Assembly: GCA_012295275.1 (NCBI GenBank)
Contig: CM022670.1
Coordinates: 4,898,001 to 4,962,000 of the forward strand
Origin: Chrysomallon squamiferum
Taxonomy: Eukaryota; Animalia; Mollusca
Reading direction: 5' to 3'
DNA length: 64,000 nt
Positions 1 to 14,300 of this stretch are shown in pieces. The position numbers and the translations under genes are program-made. Positions within the stretch are counted from its first letter, which is position 1. Each line of letters starts with the position of its first letter. Below the pieces are notes generated by a model that had not been told where the DNA came from, searched no databases, and saw only the letters and a program-made list of their open reading frames with translations.

Positions 1-22
1 ACTTTTTCATATACTTTTTCAG

Positions 23-1199
23 TGAAAACAGTAACAATAATAATTCTGGTGTCTCTTCTGAATTCTTCAATGCTCTGCAAGGCATTATGTCAACAATTAG
101 TTCGATTGTTACATCTGAAAAAGAAAAAGCACATGTTCCGGATATTTTGAAAACTGAAAAAGAAACGTTTAATCAGGAAACAAACTGTTCTGTTGATATT
201 TTGGGTTTTACAACAAACAGAACCCATGTGCCTGCTGCACCTTCTATTGCATCTACTGGCAAAGAATCCCTATTGAAAATTAAGCCAAAATTGATTTCTG
301 AAGATGATCTATTGTCTGTGGAAAGTCTGGATGATAATAAAGGTGTTACATCTCTGAACATTAATACCAAGAACAATGAATCATCTTCAAGAAATGTTAT
401 TAAATTGAAAACATCTTCACTTTTGGAAAGAACTCCTTCTGAACAACAACAGAATTCTTCCAGTTCTGTTGAAACATCTCCACAGAACATACTAACTTCC
501 AAAATACAATTATTCAACAGCTGTGAAAACCTCACCTCAGAGCAGAAGAGCTTCACTTATTCTGATTCTCATAATGGAGATTCAGGTGTGGAATTTGATC
601 ATGTACAGAGTTCACTGAAATCAGACATGACATGTTCCAGTGCTGATTTGTCAGCTGAAAAAACCCCAGCTCAGAAAATAGATTCACCAGCTTCATCTAC
701 ATCTTCATCTTCATTAGAAAATAAAATCAGTGGCATTGATACATATCTTAGGGCAGGTGATTGCATGTTTCAAATATTAAGTTCAGTTTCTGTTGGAGAT
801 CTGTGAAATGTAGGCTGTCAGGATTGGTTTATATTACACTTTTTTTGTTTTTTTTTTAAGTATAATGTATTGAATTATCCATAACAATTTTGCATTCAAG
901 AGAGAAGAGTAACTGATGGGCCAGTTATTTGAAAATCATTACCCATTTACCATAAATTATATATGATTTATATTTTTATGCATAGTATACTGAGTCATAC
1001 ATAATTTTATATCCAACAAACAGATCTGATGGCAGGCTAATTCGTTTGTGTTTATAAATATTTATATTTTGGATGTTTATGTTCTGCCTTCAGAACACTA
1101 ATTTGATTATCATAATTTGTGTTCAGAATGTTAGAACTGTTTCTTTGTTTATACATTTCAGTTACAATTGGACGTGGAAAACGATTAAATATGCAGTGA
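23..1199 (+). CDS. 3' end of an unidentified gene; Ser/Thr/Asn-rich low-complexity C-terminal region (partial)
   Basis: Acceptor ttttcag ends at 22. Open exon 23-756 overlaps ORF 87-806 and ends at donor G|gtgatt. Small exon 1162-1200 continues in frame (…YLRA-VTIGRGKRLNMQ*, TGA 1197-1199). No recognisable domain. Confidence 0.6.
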
Positions 1200-2564
1200 T
1201 GTAAGTATAAATACTTAATCATGTGATTTCAAATGCACTATTATATTCTATTTAATAAATATATTAGATTTCATTTTCAGGAGAAAACATTCCCCTCTGA
1301 TTCTGGCAAATGTGATTTGACAAAAAAAAAAAAAAAAAAATGTTTTGGCTTTATATTTCATTTGATTGTGTGTCTGCTGAATTATTTGGTTTTCCCTTTA
1401 TAAATATAATGAATATACTTTGTTACCCAAATATAACATCAAAAATTATGCTTCTGGGTATCTTATATTCATATAATGTCTTCTTTGTCAACTAAACTTT
1501 GAGTAGTAGATAGGAAATTCTTCTTTGGCTATATTCTATGTTACATTGAGCAAAGCAGTTAATAATAAACATTTATAATTTCTTTTTTTCAGAAAACTCA
1601 TGGAAGAATTTGAGTGTTGCAGTTTTGTATGGTTGTTAGCCAATTTTCAAAGATCATCCAGTTTCAATTATGCAGTTCATATGGGTTTAAATTTTAAATG
1701 TTCTGTTCCATTTACAAATATAGAAACAGCTATGTTATTATTAATTTGTTGCATTTAAACTTTTGGTGCTATTGACATGTTATATTTGTTGCATTCTTCC
1801 AGTTTCTTCAGTTTTAAGTATAATTTAGTCATATTGCAGTAAAAATACTCCTTTTTCAGAAAAGGTAAAAAAAATCACTTTTTTAAAAAACAAATAGGCA
1901 TTTGTCTAGACTATATTTCATTTTGTTTCAGATTTGTTTTATTCAGTTTCTTTTTCAGTTTTGCTTTGATTAATACAAGAATCTTACCTTTAGCTTGAGA
2001 AATTGTTGCAAATAGTTAAACAGATCAATAATAATTTTTAATTAAAATTTAGAGCTTTTGTCAGCATATGTTGTTATAAAAATCAAAGGTGGATACATGA
2101 CACACGTACCACCATATCTTTCAGTTTTCAGATTTGTTTTTATAATTAGTTTCTAACCTGATATGGAGACATTATTTTTTCATTCTACTTATGTTTCAAA
2201 GAAGAGATAATCATAAACATTTTATATTGTTTCAACAGTGCTTTGAGAATTAAACAAAGTGTTTTTTCAGTATATCTTATATATTTCCTCATAAAACTGT
2301 ACTTATATTTTATTTAATTACAATATATAAACAAGATCCCATCATACTTTTCCATCAATGATTTTATGAAAATAGATGTTTTTGTTAACTCCTTTTACTA
2401 GTCATAAAATCAAAATGGATTACAAAATACTTCTGTTGTGTATTTGTTTTGTTTTGAATTGTAAAAGCCTTCAAATATTTATATTTATTGTCAGCTGTAT
2501 CATTGTCAATATAATAATTTGTTTTTAATTTCTTTGCTTAGATAGATACTTTTAAAACAAAATA

Positions 2565-3139
2565 CAATGGTACCTTGACTTACAAGTTTTTCAAGTTACG
2601 AGCAGTCAGCTGGTCAATATTTTTGCTTGAGTTTTGAGCCAAAATCCGAGTTACAAGTGAGCTTCAGATATGCCACTGCTATTTGGCGCAATGAATAACA
2701 TAACATCTGGCCAGCATCCTACATCTGACTCGTTTGCTTCATGTGGTTACCTATAGGTGGAAGCATCTCTGTTGTGTTGTGCTCACGTTTTGGGAGTATT
2801 TTGACAATTTTTTTTTTTCTGGCCATGGACTCAACAAAGGTGCAACTCCAGCCAAAGGCGTTAAAATGATTTGTCTGATCTCCAAGATAAATACACTTTA
2901 CAAAACCATTTTTTTACTTTTTACATTCTCTTTTGTTTTGTTTTTTATACAATATTTGTCATTTATAAATACATTTTTCTTATTTAAAAACATGTTACAA
3001 AAAAAAGGTTTAAATAAATGGAGTGGTTTTTGGGAGCTGGAATGGATTAATGGTATTTCAATTAATTTCACTTGAGAAAACTGATTTGATAAAACAGCTG
3101 TCACTGAACGAATTAAACTTGTAAGTCAAGGTGCCACTA
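2565..3139. mobile_element. Non-autonomous Tc1/mariner (pogo/Tigger-like) MITE
   Basis: ~25-bp TIRs: CAATGGTACCTTGACTTACAAGTTT versus reverse complement TAGTGGCACCTTGACTTACAAGTTT. Flanked by TA at 2563-64 and 3140-41. No coding capacity. Confidence 0.8.
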
Positions 3140-5019
3140 TATTTAGCATTTTCAGTTTAAATGACAATTTTCTTTTTAAGAAATCAACATAATACACAGC
3201 AAAATAAAGTGCTTATTTTTTAAAAAGATTGATTTCAACTGAGAAGATATTTATATTTTTTTGTTTTTTGACATGTTTTCTCTGTATTATTTGAAAATGT
3301 AACTGAATTTTACTTGTCTTTTACTGTTGTAAATATTACATTAGTAGATGCAATAATTCAGTTACCTATTGTTCCATTTTTCATTTATTCATTTATGGAT
3401 GACAAATTAAAATTATATTAAAAGTTTTATTGTTCTTTTTTTTTTTTCTGTGGCATTTTATTGTTTTAAATATTTAATTGACAGCCACTGATTTTTTTTC
3501 TGATTTACCAGACTGTCAAAGTTGCAGATGTTATCTTTTATAAAATTTTAAGACTTACTTTTAAGTTCCAGTAATAAATAAAAAAGGATTGAAAGATAAG
3601 ATAAAATATTTAAGGATAAAAAAATGACAGTAAGAAGTAAGTGAACTTAAATTGAAATAAAATTAATGTAACTGCAACAGAAAAATATCATTTTCACATT
3701 TACTTCAGTATTCTAGAACAATGGGCAAGCTGAAGCTTGGTAAAATCACTGGACAAATAATCTAAAAGGATAAAATATACATCCATAAAGCTTTCACTGG
3801 CAAAATCTGCCCACCAGACACCAGGGCAGTGGTAAATTACCACTATAGAAAAGGTATATTTTAAATATTTTCAGTAACAAACAGTTTTTAAAAATAAGTC
3901 TGTTTATTTCAATTCACACACAGAATATAAGATATGTTACAAATCCTTTTATTGTTAAATTCATGCAAACTCTAGATTATGTTAAACAAAATAAAAATAA
4001 ACATTGTAAATGTGTAAATCTCTTGCACCATAATAAAAATATATCTCACCATTAAAAGTAAACAGAAAGCAAAATAAAACAATTTTCTGAATACAGATCC
4101 ACTGTTCACTTTTCAGTTATACAAAAAAATTAACAATCTATTATCTGTAACAATGGTCAACGTAAAAACTGATAAACAAAGTGTTATATATACTTCAATC
4201 TGCTACATAAAGAATGATGATGTTTGTGTTACATTTCCATCAATAACATTTGAATAATCTTTTTAGTTTATGGTTGAATGTGAGAATGATTTTTTTTATC
4301 TCCTTCACTATATTGTAATTACAGTGTCCATCTTGTAACCATATCTTGTATTATAAAATAAAATTGCTAAAATAATTTAGTAACATTTTACAAAAGGCTA
4401 AGTAACAGAAAAGGAGTACATTAAGTTTTGTGCAAAATAAAATCACAGTTATGTGTACATTTGTTGCTTTAAGGAAATACTGTACTGTTTTAAAATTTGT
4501 ATTACATAAATTAATAAATATGTAAATATTCTTCATTGCTTTTACTTGAACATCTGTTGAAATCACACTTTGGAATGGACATTCAGTGATTCTTCTCCAA
4601 GTTTAATAATCTCTTTGGAACTAGCTGCCAACCAAAGACATATATTTACTGCACCAAGAATAAAGTCCCATTATCTTTGTAAGGGTCAGAGCACTGGTCT
4701 AAATCATGATAATGCAGAATCTATCCTCCTCTCTGTATCTCTTGGGCCATTTTTCCATTATACTCTATGCCACATGACCACTTTATCAAACCATCATTTT
4801 GTACTTTTCTGTTGGAATGTACATATAAAAAGTTACTTTACAAACAGAACATTGTTGCCGATATTTTCCCTAAAATATAAATCTAATACCAAGTATGTGT
4901 TACATAATAGAGTAATAGTAATTTATAAAAACAACAATTATTAAAATGGTTGTTGGTTGTCAAACAATTTAAAAGAACAAAAAAACAAGACCAACTGCCA
5001 CAACAACTAGGCTAAAATT

Positions 5020-5110
5020 ATTGATTAGCAGCAAGTGATCTTTTATATACCCATTCTTAAGGGCATTGCATACCAGAACTACTTGTGTAGCATTGCTGAT
5101 GCATGATTTT
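5020..5110. repeat. Fragment of a dispersed degenerate SINE-like family; other copies at about 14820, 23460-23640, 34960-35130, 51000-51180 and 59270-59500
   Basis: A core resembling attagcagcaagNgatcttttatat recurs at about 5024, 14821, 51088 and 59409, and in the opposite orientation at about 23585 and 35085. A tRNA-like head lies at about 49900. Confidence 0.45.
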
Positions 5111-6562
5111 TTTCACACTTTTCAGTATGGTTTCATGAATACATGCTCAAACTGATGAAGTCTATTAGAGGAATTCATGAACAGGTTCCCTCTTGTTCAT
5201 TCTCATTCCCACTAAAATTTCCTGAACTTCTGAAATCAACTCAAAATGTATATGAATAAATTATGCAAAACTAGGATAACTTCCTATTTCCAAAAATTGG
5301 TGCATAAATCGTGGCAAAATGATTTTGTCTCCACACCTCTATATAAGCATCTCTTTTTCTAATTCATATCAAAAATAGTAGTAAAATCTTCTGAACAACT
5401 GGTTTGCAATAGCCTTTATAGAAAGGAAAACAAATAAACCAGTCATGTGGCTAGCTCGAAAGTGAATTGGTACAACAGTTTCATGATCATGCACCCAACA
5501 AATACCATAAGTCACAGAATTGAAGTAACCTGAAAACTAATTAAAGTGTTCTATTGTGTCATGAAACAAAATAAATTTGTTCTAATCTTAATCCCATTGC
5601 ATTCAGTCGGAATCTGCAGAAAAATGTTCAGAACAAGGAAAAGTTAGTATCAAGCTGCAAATATCACACAATCGTCACAGTAAAGACAGTCACTTCATAA
5701 TAATCTTGAGTAAATATTTTAGGTATGCATGCACTTACACCATGTATCTGCCTGGCCTGGTATAGAAATAAATATGAATTAATACTTTAACAACAATGAC
5801 TGATTTCTATAGGGTCAACACCTGGAAAATCCTTTTTCAAACAATTACACTTCCTACACCTCAAAGGGCCTGAATTGAAAACAAAGGAGCAACTCACAGC
5901 AAGTGACAAACAACAAAATATTCAAATCAGGCTTGGTTGGAACTATGTCTGAACTAACATACAACATCCTGGTTTTGAATAAATATTTAGGTATTACCTC
6001 TAAACTTAACTGATTTTAAAAACAGTCATAAGAATGTGTTGGTATTAATGTAAAATCACACTGGTTTTCAAATCAACACAAATACACAAATGTCTATTAC
6101 TGGCACTAACTCACACTTAAAATACTTTTTATCTGATACCACAATTTTGGTACTGGCACTAAATTCCACACTCCACACACACACTGGTATTGAATATACA
6201 CATACATAAATTTTCTGAAGACATCTAACTGAAAAGATTTTGGATTTGACATAAACGTTAGCATTTCTTTTTCACTATAAAAGTATTTCATAATCCAGAA
6301 ACTGTTGAAAAATGAGGGTCTTAGAATCAACTAGTTGTAACTCTTACAGACCCCTACCACAATACAATTACCTTTAAAATCAGTAAATAAAACATGCTCT
6401 ATCTATCAACAGAACTAAGAATTGCTTATAAGAATAATATATATATATATAGTAAATGTTTATGTATTAGATAAACAGTTTCAATATTTTGAAATAAGTG
6501 AAACTTCCATTCATTTCACTGAAAAGAAATGCAGTTATATATAAACCAAGTACCCATTTGTA

Positions 6563-9234
6563 TTAATCTCTTGAATCCACAACTTTATAGAGCACTTTTT
6601 TAGTTGTCTCATAGGCTAAGAAAAGAGCTCCGGTGGCTGGGAAGGTCCTTACTAATGTTGGTCCAAGTCCTTTGTACAGTGCTTTTATGCCTGAAAAACA
6701 ATACAAGATTCACTTTTATTACAATGTTTTTACCACACACACACACACACACACACACCAACATTTATAAAATGTTTAAAGAAGTAGGATATTTTCTAGA
6801 AATGTTTCTGATCTGACAGAAATTAAGTGAATTTACTGCTGAACTATCAATAAATATATAACCCTTCATTATGTCAAATGTTTTCAAGAAATGTTTCTAA
6901 TAAACATTTATGTGGATTTAAAACACATCTGATGAACACAAAACATTTAATGATTTCTAAACTACACCAAAAACGTTCCATGTTAAGGGAAAATTTTTAT
7001 GTAATATTACTGATCTTCCAGTAAAATGAATTTCATTAATTTCATAAATAATTTACTGACATGTTTTGAGGTTTCTACAAAAATACCTTCATTTCGTAAA
7101 ATATCCAAAAACACAACTCTGAAACTTAGAGTTTTGCCCGACACTGACTGAACCTGAATGCGAGATTTACAAACATCAGCAGGGAAGATTGCTATCCAAA
7201 GTGATACCCCTCCCATTCCACCACAGATTATTGTTCTCCATACACCTGAACAAAAATAACACTTATTTTTATTTTACATAAATATTTCTTGACACAACAC
7301 AAAATATGGGAAGACATACATAAGAATGTTACAAGTAACAGCAAACAAACTATTTGATGACATATAGTGTTAAATAAAGCTATTTGTTTCTACATAAACA
7401 TTTCACATACACAGAGACACAAATTTTAAAATGTTCTGCAGATAATAAAAATGAAACTTTATCTAATATTAAACAAAGTGAAATGAATGAGTTAGTGGTT
7501 TTACAGATAGATTTAATTTTTTTTAATTTTGCTGGTAATATGTCCAATATGATTTTGTATGAGATCATAATAAATAGAAACAGACCTATATCATCTTTTG
7601 TCTTCCCAGCAGGGGTAAGTAGTTCTCGTGATATTTCATATCCACCAAAGAAAAAAAAATAACCAGGCATCTCTCTCAAAAAAGTGCTTGTTAATCCTTT
7701 AAAGAGACCCTGTATTCCCTCTGTTCTTAGGATATCTCTAGTTAAACGCCAGGGGCCGCTGATCAAAGAAGAAAAAAATTATTTAATGAATACTCATGAA
7801 AGTTTAATCTATGGTTTTATGGTGTGATGTGTATGGTTAAAAAAACTACAGAGATGACAGGAACATCACTACTATTATTCTTCATGCAAAGTTTCCGAAA
7901 GCTGTCAATACAAAGTTATGGGAGGCACTGGTTGCACTGAACAGGAAAAATGAATTGTGATTTTTATGTCATTTGACCTTTCTGTTTACTCTACAATGGG
8001 ACCCTTCACCTAAGTGTGAATATTGTTAAGGTATGCGTGGATTTGTCACATTTTTTCTTTTAAATGTACTCAAACATGTGATACATGCCTTACTAACATA
8101 CATTTTAAGTCTTTCCAAGCCTCCTTCCACATCTCCTTTCGTGGTCATCTCTCTCATGGCTTGCAGTCGACATTTTATCAGTTCAGTTGGACACAGGGCA
8201 AATGTTGAGAAGAAGGCAGCCCCAGATCCAGCTAGGGCATTCTCAAGAGGGTTTAAATGAGTCTCTGATGGTTTATTCATCAGTTTCATCACAATCTTTT
8301 TACACATTCCATAGGCACAAAACAGTACTGCATTTTCTGATATATTTGCAGCAAGTGAAGGCACAGTCCCAGCATAAAGTCCTCTGACAATTCCATCCTG
8401 TCTGAATGTCTTAACAAAACAGTCTAAAGCATTTTTGTACAATTTAGGAAATGTCTGCATTTTCACTTTTACAGTGTCGAGTGGCTGCCCAACATACACA
8501 GTAGCCACACCTCCTGAAAGATTTATTTAAATTAAAATACAAATGAGTACAATCATTTTTTTTTCAGTTATCCTACAGTTGTAGCAAACAGTATTTACCA
8601 TCCAGTGATCTCCAAGTCTGTTTTCTGTGTTTTCGTCATTACATTTTAGTAGGATGAGAATTTGCAAAATGAACTTAACACTATCATGAACATGTAATAA
8701 AAATGTGACAAGGGTAATCTGCAATTAGCAGACACTTTTTATTTCTCACGCTATTATCTTTATAGGATTAAAATTCCTACCAATGATTCCCTCTAAAGTA
8801 AGAATAAAAGAGTATAACATTTTCATCTAATGTCTGTCAGATAAATGAATGAAGATCACTTTTGTGATTTTATGAAAGAAAAATTTCCATGTTTCTAATT
8901 TATGAAATAGAGAACTTTAAACAGGAAAGCATGTGCACACTTACTTTATTATAATAGAGCAGAATTGGTCTTAAATATTTTCTGTTTCTTTTTTCTTTTC
9001 TTTTTAAAAATCTTGTACTGATGCTCACATCTGTCACTTTTAAACTAAATTAAAGTGAGAACTCGATTATCGAATAATAAAGGTTACTAGCTTTCTGACA
9101 CATCTTCAAACACAGTGAGGAATGAGCTTACCTGCAACACCTCCTGTAAAATCTATAGCTCCATCAATACCTGAATGACGAGCAGTTGAATCCTGCTCTT
9201 GTTCCACATTTATTAACTCAAGAGGTGGTTCCAT
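6563..9234 (-). CDS. SLC25A15: Mitochondrial ornithine carrier (SLC25A15/ORNT1-like), 5 coding exons, ~324 aa
   Basis: Exons 9234-9132, 8513-8102, 7758-7586, 7245-7087, 6690-6563, all GT-AG and in phase. Three carrier signatures (PLDTVKVKMQ, PTELIKCRLQ, PADVCKSRIQ). ORNT-typical motifs GLYAGTVPSLAANISEN and REMPGYFFFFGGYE. Confidence 0.92.
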
Positions 9235-9769
9235 TTTTATAATCTGAAATAAGACAGCTGGTAAGATAAGAATAAAACAGCATAAAAGAAACAAGGTTAG
9301 ACCGTAGGTGTTAATTTTAACTAAAAATCCTTTGAAAATAAACAAACAATAATTTGTATAAGGATTTTGTACAAATCTCTTTTTTTATGAATGTCTGAAG
9401 GCATTTATAATTGTATTGGTGTCAAGGGGTGAATGTCTAATTTATTTCTCTAACCTTTAACTGTGAAAACAAATTTACAATAGTTTATTGTATTATGTTT
9501 GTACACAGAACACATTCGTGTACACCTGTCTGTAAGTATACACGTGTGCGTCTTAATTTTGTAACTAAAAGGCTACTCAGCCTACTGTTTCTGTGTCACT
9601 GTCTCATCGTGTCTCACTGTCTGGTGTTACTTTTTAAACAGCTTTTTGCATGTTGACATTTTAAAATTATAAATGATTTCATTACTGATTATACAATCAG
9701 TTAGGTTATTTCAAAATTCATACCTAATAAATGAGTATTGAAAGCGTCAATAAATATAAATATGTTTCA

Positions 9770-9835
9770 TGTGATGACGTTATCTGCTGTGCATTTTCTA
9801 TCCCTCGTGTCCTTCACCAAAACCGGAAGTACACA
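9770..9835. promoter_or_regulatory. Putative SLC25A15 promoter elements
   Basis: ETS/GABP-type CCGGAAGT at 9823-9830 and TGACGT at about 9775, roughly 600 bp upstream of the ATG. Confidence 0.35.
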
Positions 9836-9872
9836 CCTCCATGGATAAAACCTTTTGTGTTTTTTGTTTTAC

Positions 9873-9874
<2 letters not shown>

Positions 9875-9928
<54 letters not shown>

Positions 9929-9950
9929 CTTTCTGTGTGTGTGTGTGTAT
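9875..9950. repeat. (TTA)n and (TG)n microsatellites
   Basis: Directly visible; source of the poly-Y and poly-N spurious ORFs. Confidence 0.9.
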
Positions 9951-10224
9951 GCACACATGGTTATTATTCCTCCACTTCACAGCAATCACTTAAATATATT
10001 ATTACATTAAAAGAAAAAAAAGATTTTTTTTTGTTGTTGTTGAAACATGTTCTGTTATATAATGATACTAAGTAATTTATCTATTATTTATTTATTATTA
10101 TTATTAATTTACTTTTTGTACAGGAGAATTTGTTTTCTTAATAATATTAATAATAATAAATTTTCAGTGTATAAAAAATAGATGAAACAAGTATCTAAGA
10201 AAGTGTCTATATATATATATAAAC

Positions 10225-11577
10225 ACAGTAGTATGTGAAGGCCGAATTTCTGTGGAAACAGGCACATTTTCAAAATCCCGTCCAGCTATCGTTAATCTAT
10301 TACGAATAAAATCCTGTCTAACCTGGACGTTTAATGTGTGTGTGTGTGTGTATGTGTGTGTGATACATTCTTCTCTGTACTGTTTATGACAAGAAAGTTA
10401 TTATCATTGGCTGCTTTGGATTTCGGGTGTAATTCCTGAACGACGACAACAAAAAAGTTATATTATAATTAGTTTGTCAACAGTGGCACACAATTTTGCT
10501 AGTACGATCATTTCATTAACAACGGCAATTTGCACCTTATTAGGCTACCGCGTGAGACGAAATGACCGCGTTCTTTGAAGGCATAATAAATGATGATGCC
10601 ATACCTCTTGTAATTACTATATGCTGATAAATGAACAAGATTATTATTATTGTCTGTTGATATCTAAGTGAATGCAGAAGTCTACGTAAATACGTATGGA
10701 GCGCATTCTACATTGTCTTATTGAGTTTATCGTAATGGCACTGCGACTTAAAACACGGCGACGTATCGAACTTTCTAAAGCAAAATTAAAAGAAGATATT
10801 TCATCAAACAAACTGTGTAAAGTTACTTCTTCCTCAAGACACATTAGGTAGAAATGAGACAATACGACTTAACCAGGCTATTGTCACAAACATATTAATT
10901 AAACATTAAGATTTATACATCTATGTTCTATTCACGCCATTGCTGGACAAAATGTAGGCAAAACTTCCAAGTGATATATTTAAATAATATAAAATAAATA
11001 AAAAGATAATATTAATTATTATAATAAATAAATTTTAAAAAGAATACTTAGACTTTGCCGTGTGTAAGGCGAGTTATTTTGCCCACGTCGATCCCTCCCC
11101 GTCAACCCTGACCATGCAGTTTAAGACGGACAGTATTCACTATTTGACATTTTAAAACTTCGTGACAATTACCAGCAGTTATATGAATCCAACATAAAAA
11201 GTCTGAATGGATTGATGATATACACATTCACAATGACCGAAGGACCGAACTTTCGAATACTGACTTTCTTAAAATGATAAAACAAATTAAATCATTGGCT
11301 GCTACTACCGACAGTAGTCTTTTGCAACCGATTGTTAAACATGGAGGCCAGGACAAAAAAAAAAAAAAAAAAAAAGCGCAATCATCAGCGACATACTATT
11401 TCTTAGGTGACATTCGATAGACGTTTAATTGTAATATTCGTATAAAATACTAATTTAAAAAAAAAAAAAAAAAAAAACCGTTCCAGTTTCATGTCATTTT
11501 AATTTTTATAAACCGGTAGTTTAAAACAGCATATCACCTTGGTCCCAAGTGAATCCGGTTTTTACAGTCTATTGTAT
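10225..11577. mobile_element. Possible old, decayed TIR DNA element
   Basis: Left end acagtagtatgtgaaggccgaatttctgtggaaacagg loosely matches the reverse complement of the right end (acaatagactgtaaaaaccggattcacttgggaccaagg). The interior is richer in CpG than its flanks. No intact transposase. Confidence 0.3.
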
Positions 11578-11885
11578 AGACAGATAGACAGACAGACACA
11601 TACATATATACACAGAACAAATGAGCAAAATATTTTTAATTTTATATTTTAAATAAACACTTAGAAGTGATACAAATAATGTTGAATAGTATTTATTTCC
11701 TGGAAATATCACATTCATTTATGCATATAATTTTTATTATCGTGTTTCTGAACATTAAGAGTTTTTATTTTTACAGATAATATCTTCTATATTAAGAGGG
11801 TTTTTAAAAGATTGATACATTAGGATTTGTAAATTAAACTATAAAATTTAATATTTTGAGGTTAATGTATAATATTTTGTAACTC

Positions 11886-11920
<35 letters not shown>

Positions 11921-12332
11921 TAATGCAGTATTCATTAGTGTCATTATGCATGAAAAATTTCAAATTCTTCAGTATAAAATTAATTTTGTGAATAATGTTC
12001 AAGACATTTTGTTTTCTTCTCATGGCAATGCAGTTTTTCTTTCTTTAGTAATGTTTTTGACAAATTAATCACAAGTTATTATCCAGATAATACTACAGAA
12101 AAATCGCTCATTTTAAATTCTTGGTTCAGTTTGTCCACAGCATATAAAAAGCATTTCTCCCATTCATTCCTTACATCTGATATCCTTAAGAGATAATTCA
12201 TCAACCAGTTATATCAAGCACCAACATGCTGTTTATAAATATAACTAAAAGGCACTTTTATATTTTTATCTGTGATGCTTCTCTGCTTGTATCAAACATT
12301 AGCAAAACAGTCACAGTTGTTTTGTTTTTAAA

Positions 12333-13115
12333 CTAGGATATGGATGGACTGTTTGACAATGGAGAGTTATTTTCTAATTCTGCTTTTCTCTGGGCTTCTT
12401 TCAGAGCAGCTTCTTGTCTAGCACTTTGATGTTCTACAAAGTTGTGCATTATTCTTTGATTGAAACCCACATACCGATCAGTGCAGACATCAATACATTC
12501 AAACTACAAATAAATAAAAATAAGAATTCTTTTTTTTATAACATTTCATCACAAAGATACATATTTTGAAATTGTACTATGAAAATAAAAAATTGTCTGT
12601 TAAATTGTATTATCTGTGTTTTGTTTGCTTTTGTTTTCTGTTGTTCTTTTAAGTTTTAATTTTATTTTCATTTTTGTCTTTAAATTTTAAAATTTATTTG
12701 TTGTTTTTTTACAAAAATAATTATCTTTTTTTGTTGAAATGTAATTGTAAAAAATTTTCATATATTTTTGTATTATTACTTGTTTTTTTATAGGGTTATA
12801 AATGAGGAATGGTAATATACACATATTAACTAGAAATAATCTTATATGAATTTGCATTAAATAAGAAAATATAAACAAAAATAAAAACGTAATCCCTATA
12901 CCTCTCTACCAGATATATTTTTGTTGTTGAAGTTTTCTATGCAGTGATTAAAACATTGCTCTGTCAGCTTATTATACAGCAGCAAGAAGTCCTTAAGCTG
13001 TAAATAAAATACTGTATATAAGAAAAAAGATCATAATTAAACCAAATTAAATATTAAGCTTTACATGGCAAAATGATTAGTTTCTTTTTATAATCCAATT
13101 CATTCCTTATTGATA

Positions 13116-13157
<42 letters not shown>

Positions 13158-13450
13158 TATTATTATTATTGTAATAATTATAATACAAAATAATAATAAA
13201 ATAAAATAATAATATTAATATTAATATTAATAAAATAATTAAAAAGTAATAAATAGCTGTATTAAAATATCGAGCAAGTTACATCTGTGATCCAGTAGTA
13301 GTTCTAAGGCTGATAAGGCATCGTCGTTAGCAAGGTGGTCTCAAGTCACTTACTCAGGCAACAGGCACAAATTTAAACGCATGCCACCAAATCTATCGAA
13401 ATGAACAGTGCACTCACATTCCTTTGTTGTGTTTCATCAGCTAAATTCAT
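12333..13450 (-). CDS. TIMM10B: Small Tim chaperone Tim10B/Tim9b (FXC1), 3 exons, ~99 aa; absent from the ORF track
   Basis: Exons 13450-13418, 12997-12902, 12503-12333 give MNLADETQQRN-LKDFLLLYNKLTEQCFNHCIENFNNKNISGRE-FECIDVCTDRYVGFNQRIMHNFVEHQ…. Twin CX3C motif, RN(L)xDFLLxYN signature and extended C-tail of Tim10B. Confidence 0.88.
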
Positions 13451-13454
13451 CTTT

Positions 13455-14300
13455 AGTTCGAATCTCAAATAATTTTATTTATTTTTCTATCATAAAAGGA
13501 ATAATAAATGTTGTAACAGAATCGTCGTTTATTCTTAAAAGAAGTCCAATGTTGCGCTTGGTTTACAATAGACTGGTCGCAAGTTAGTCTAAAATAAAGT
13601 AAAAATCGAACCAATTTTTATAAACACAGATAAGAAAACAATGCTTTTAATGAAACAACAGTTCTTTATTATTATTATTATTATCATTTTTTATTATTTT
13701 TATCATGAATAAAAGCGTGTAAATTCATTATTACTTATTTCAAAAATAATATTTAGTTAGCGTAGATACTACATACCTAAAGTACAAACATGATTGCACT
13801 AAATAAAATTTAACTTTATAAAAATAATAAACCGCAAGATTATCAAATAAAGCTATAATTCATTTACAGTCAGCATTTTGTCAACAACAATAATTTTAAT
13901 AAAACATGCAAGATAAGCAAATTTATAACTGAGTGTAGAGTATTTAAATTTGCATATAAAGGTATCTTGTTAACAATAAAATTTAAATAATATATTTTTA
14001 GAAACTAGTATGTTGTCGAATCCCCCGTATGACATCATTCCACGTCGAAACAGTGCTTGTGACATTTTATGTGAGTGACCAACTACCTTTGACTGAGAGC
14101 TTCATAATATGTGAAATGACTTTTTAAAAGATGCTTTTAATTTAGGAATTATTGCATGTCTGTTGAGTATTTGATGTAAATGAATGGACCTAAGCATTCA
14201 ATGGATGATTTAGCAAGTGTTGGTTGTCAACAAAATATACTGATTCTTTTAAGTTATTTCCGTCTTTGGACATTTGCTGTATATATAATTTTGTGAGTGT
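13455..14300. promoter_or_regulatory. Putative bidirectional promoter between TIMM10B and arfaptin
   Basis: Divergent genes; CpG-containing patches at about 13520-13590 and 14010-14080; gtgagt donors at 14071 and 14293 suggest a non-coding arfaptin first exon. Confidence 0.5.

Noticed and set aside
173-556. 127-aa antisense ORF
   Set aside because: Shadow of the real plus-strand exon; no independent features.
2734-3104. ORFs inside the MITE
   Set aside because: Low-complexity AT-rich translations with no transposase motifs.
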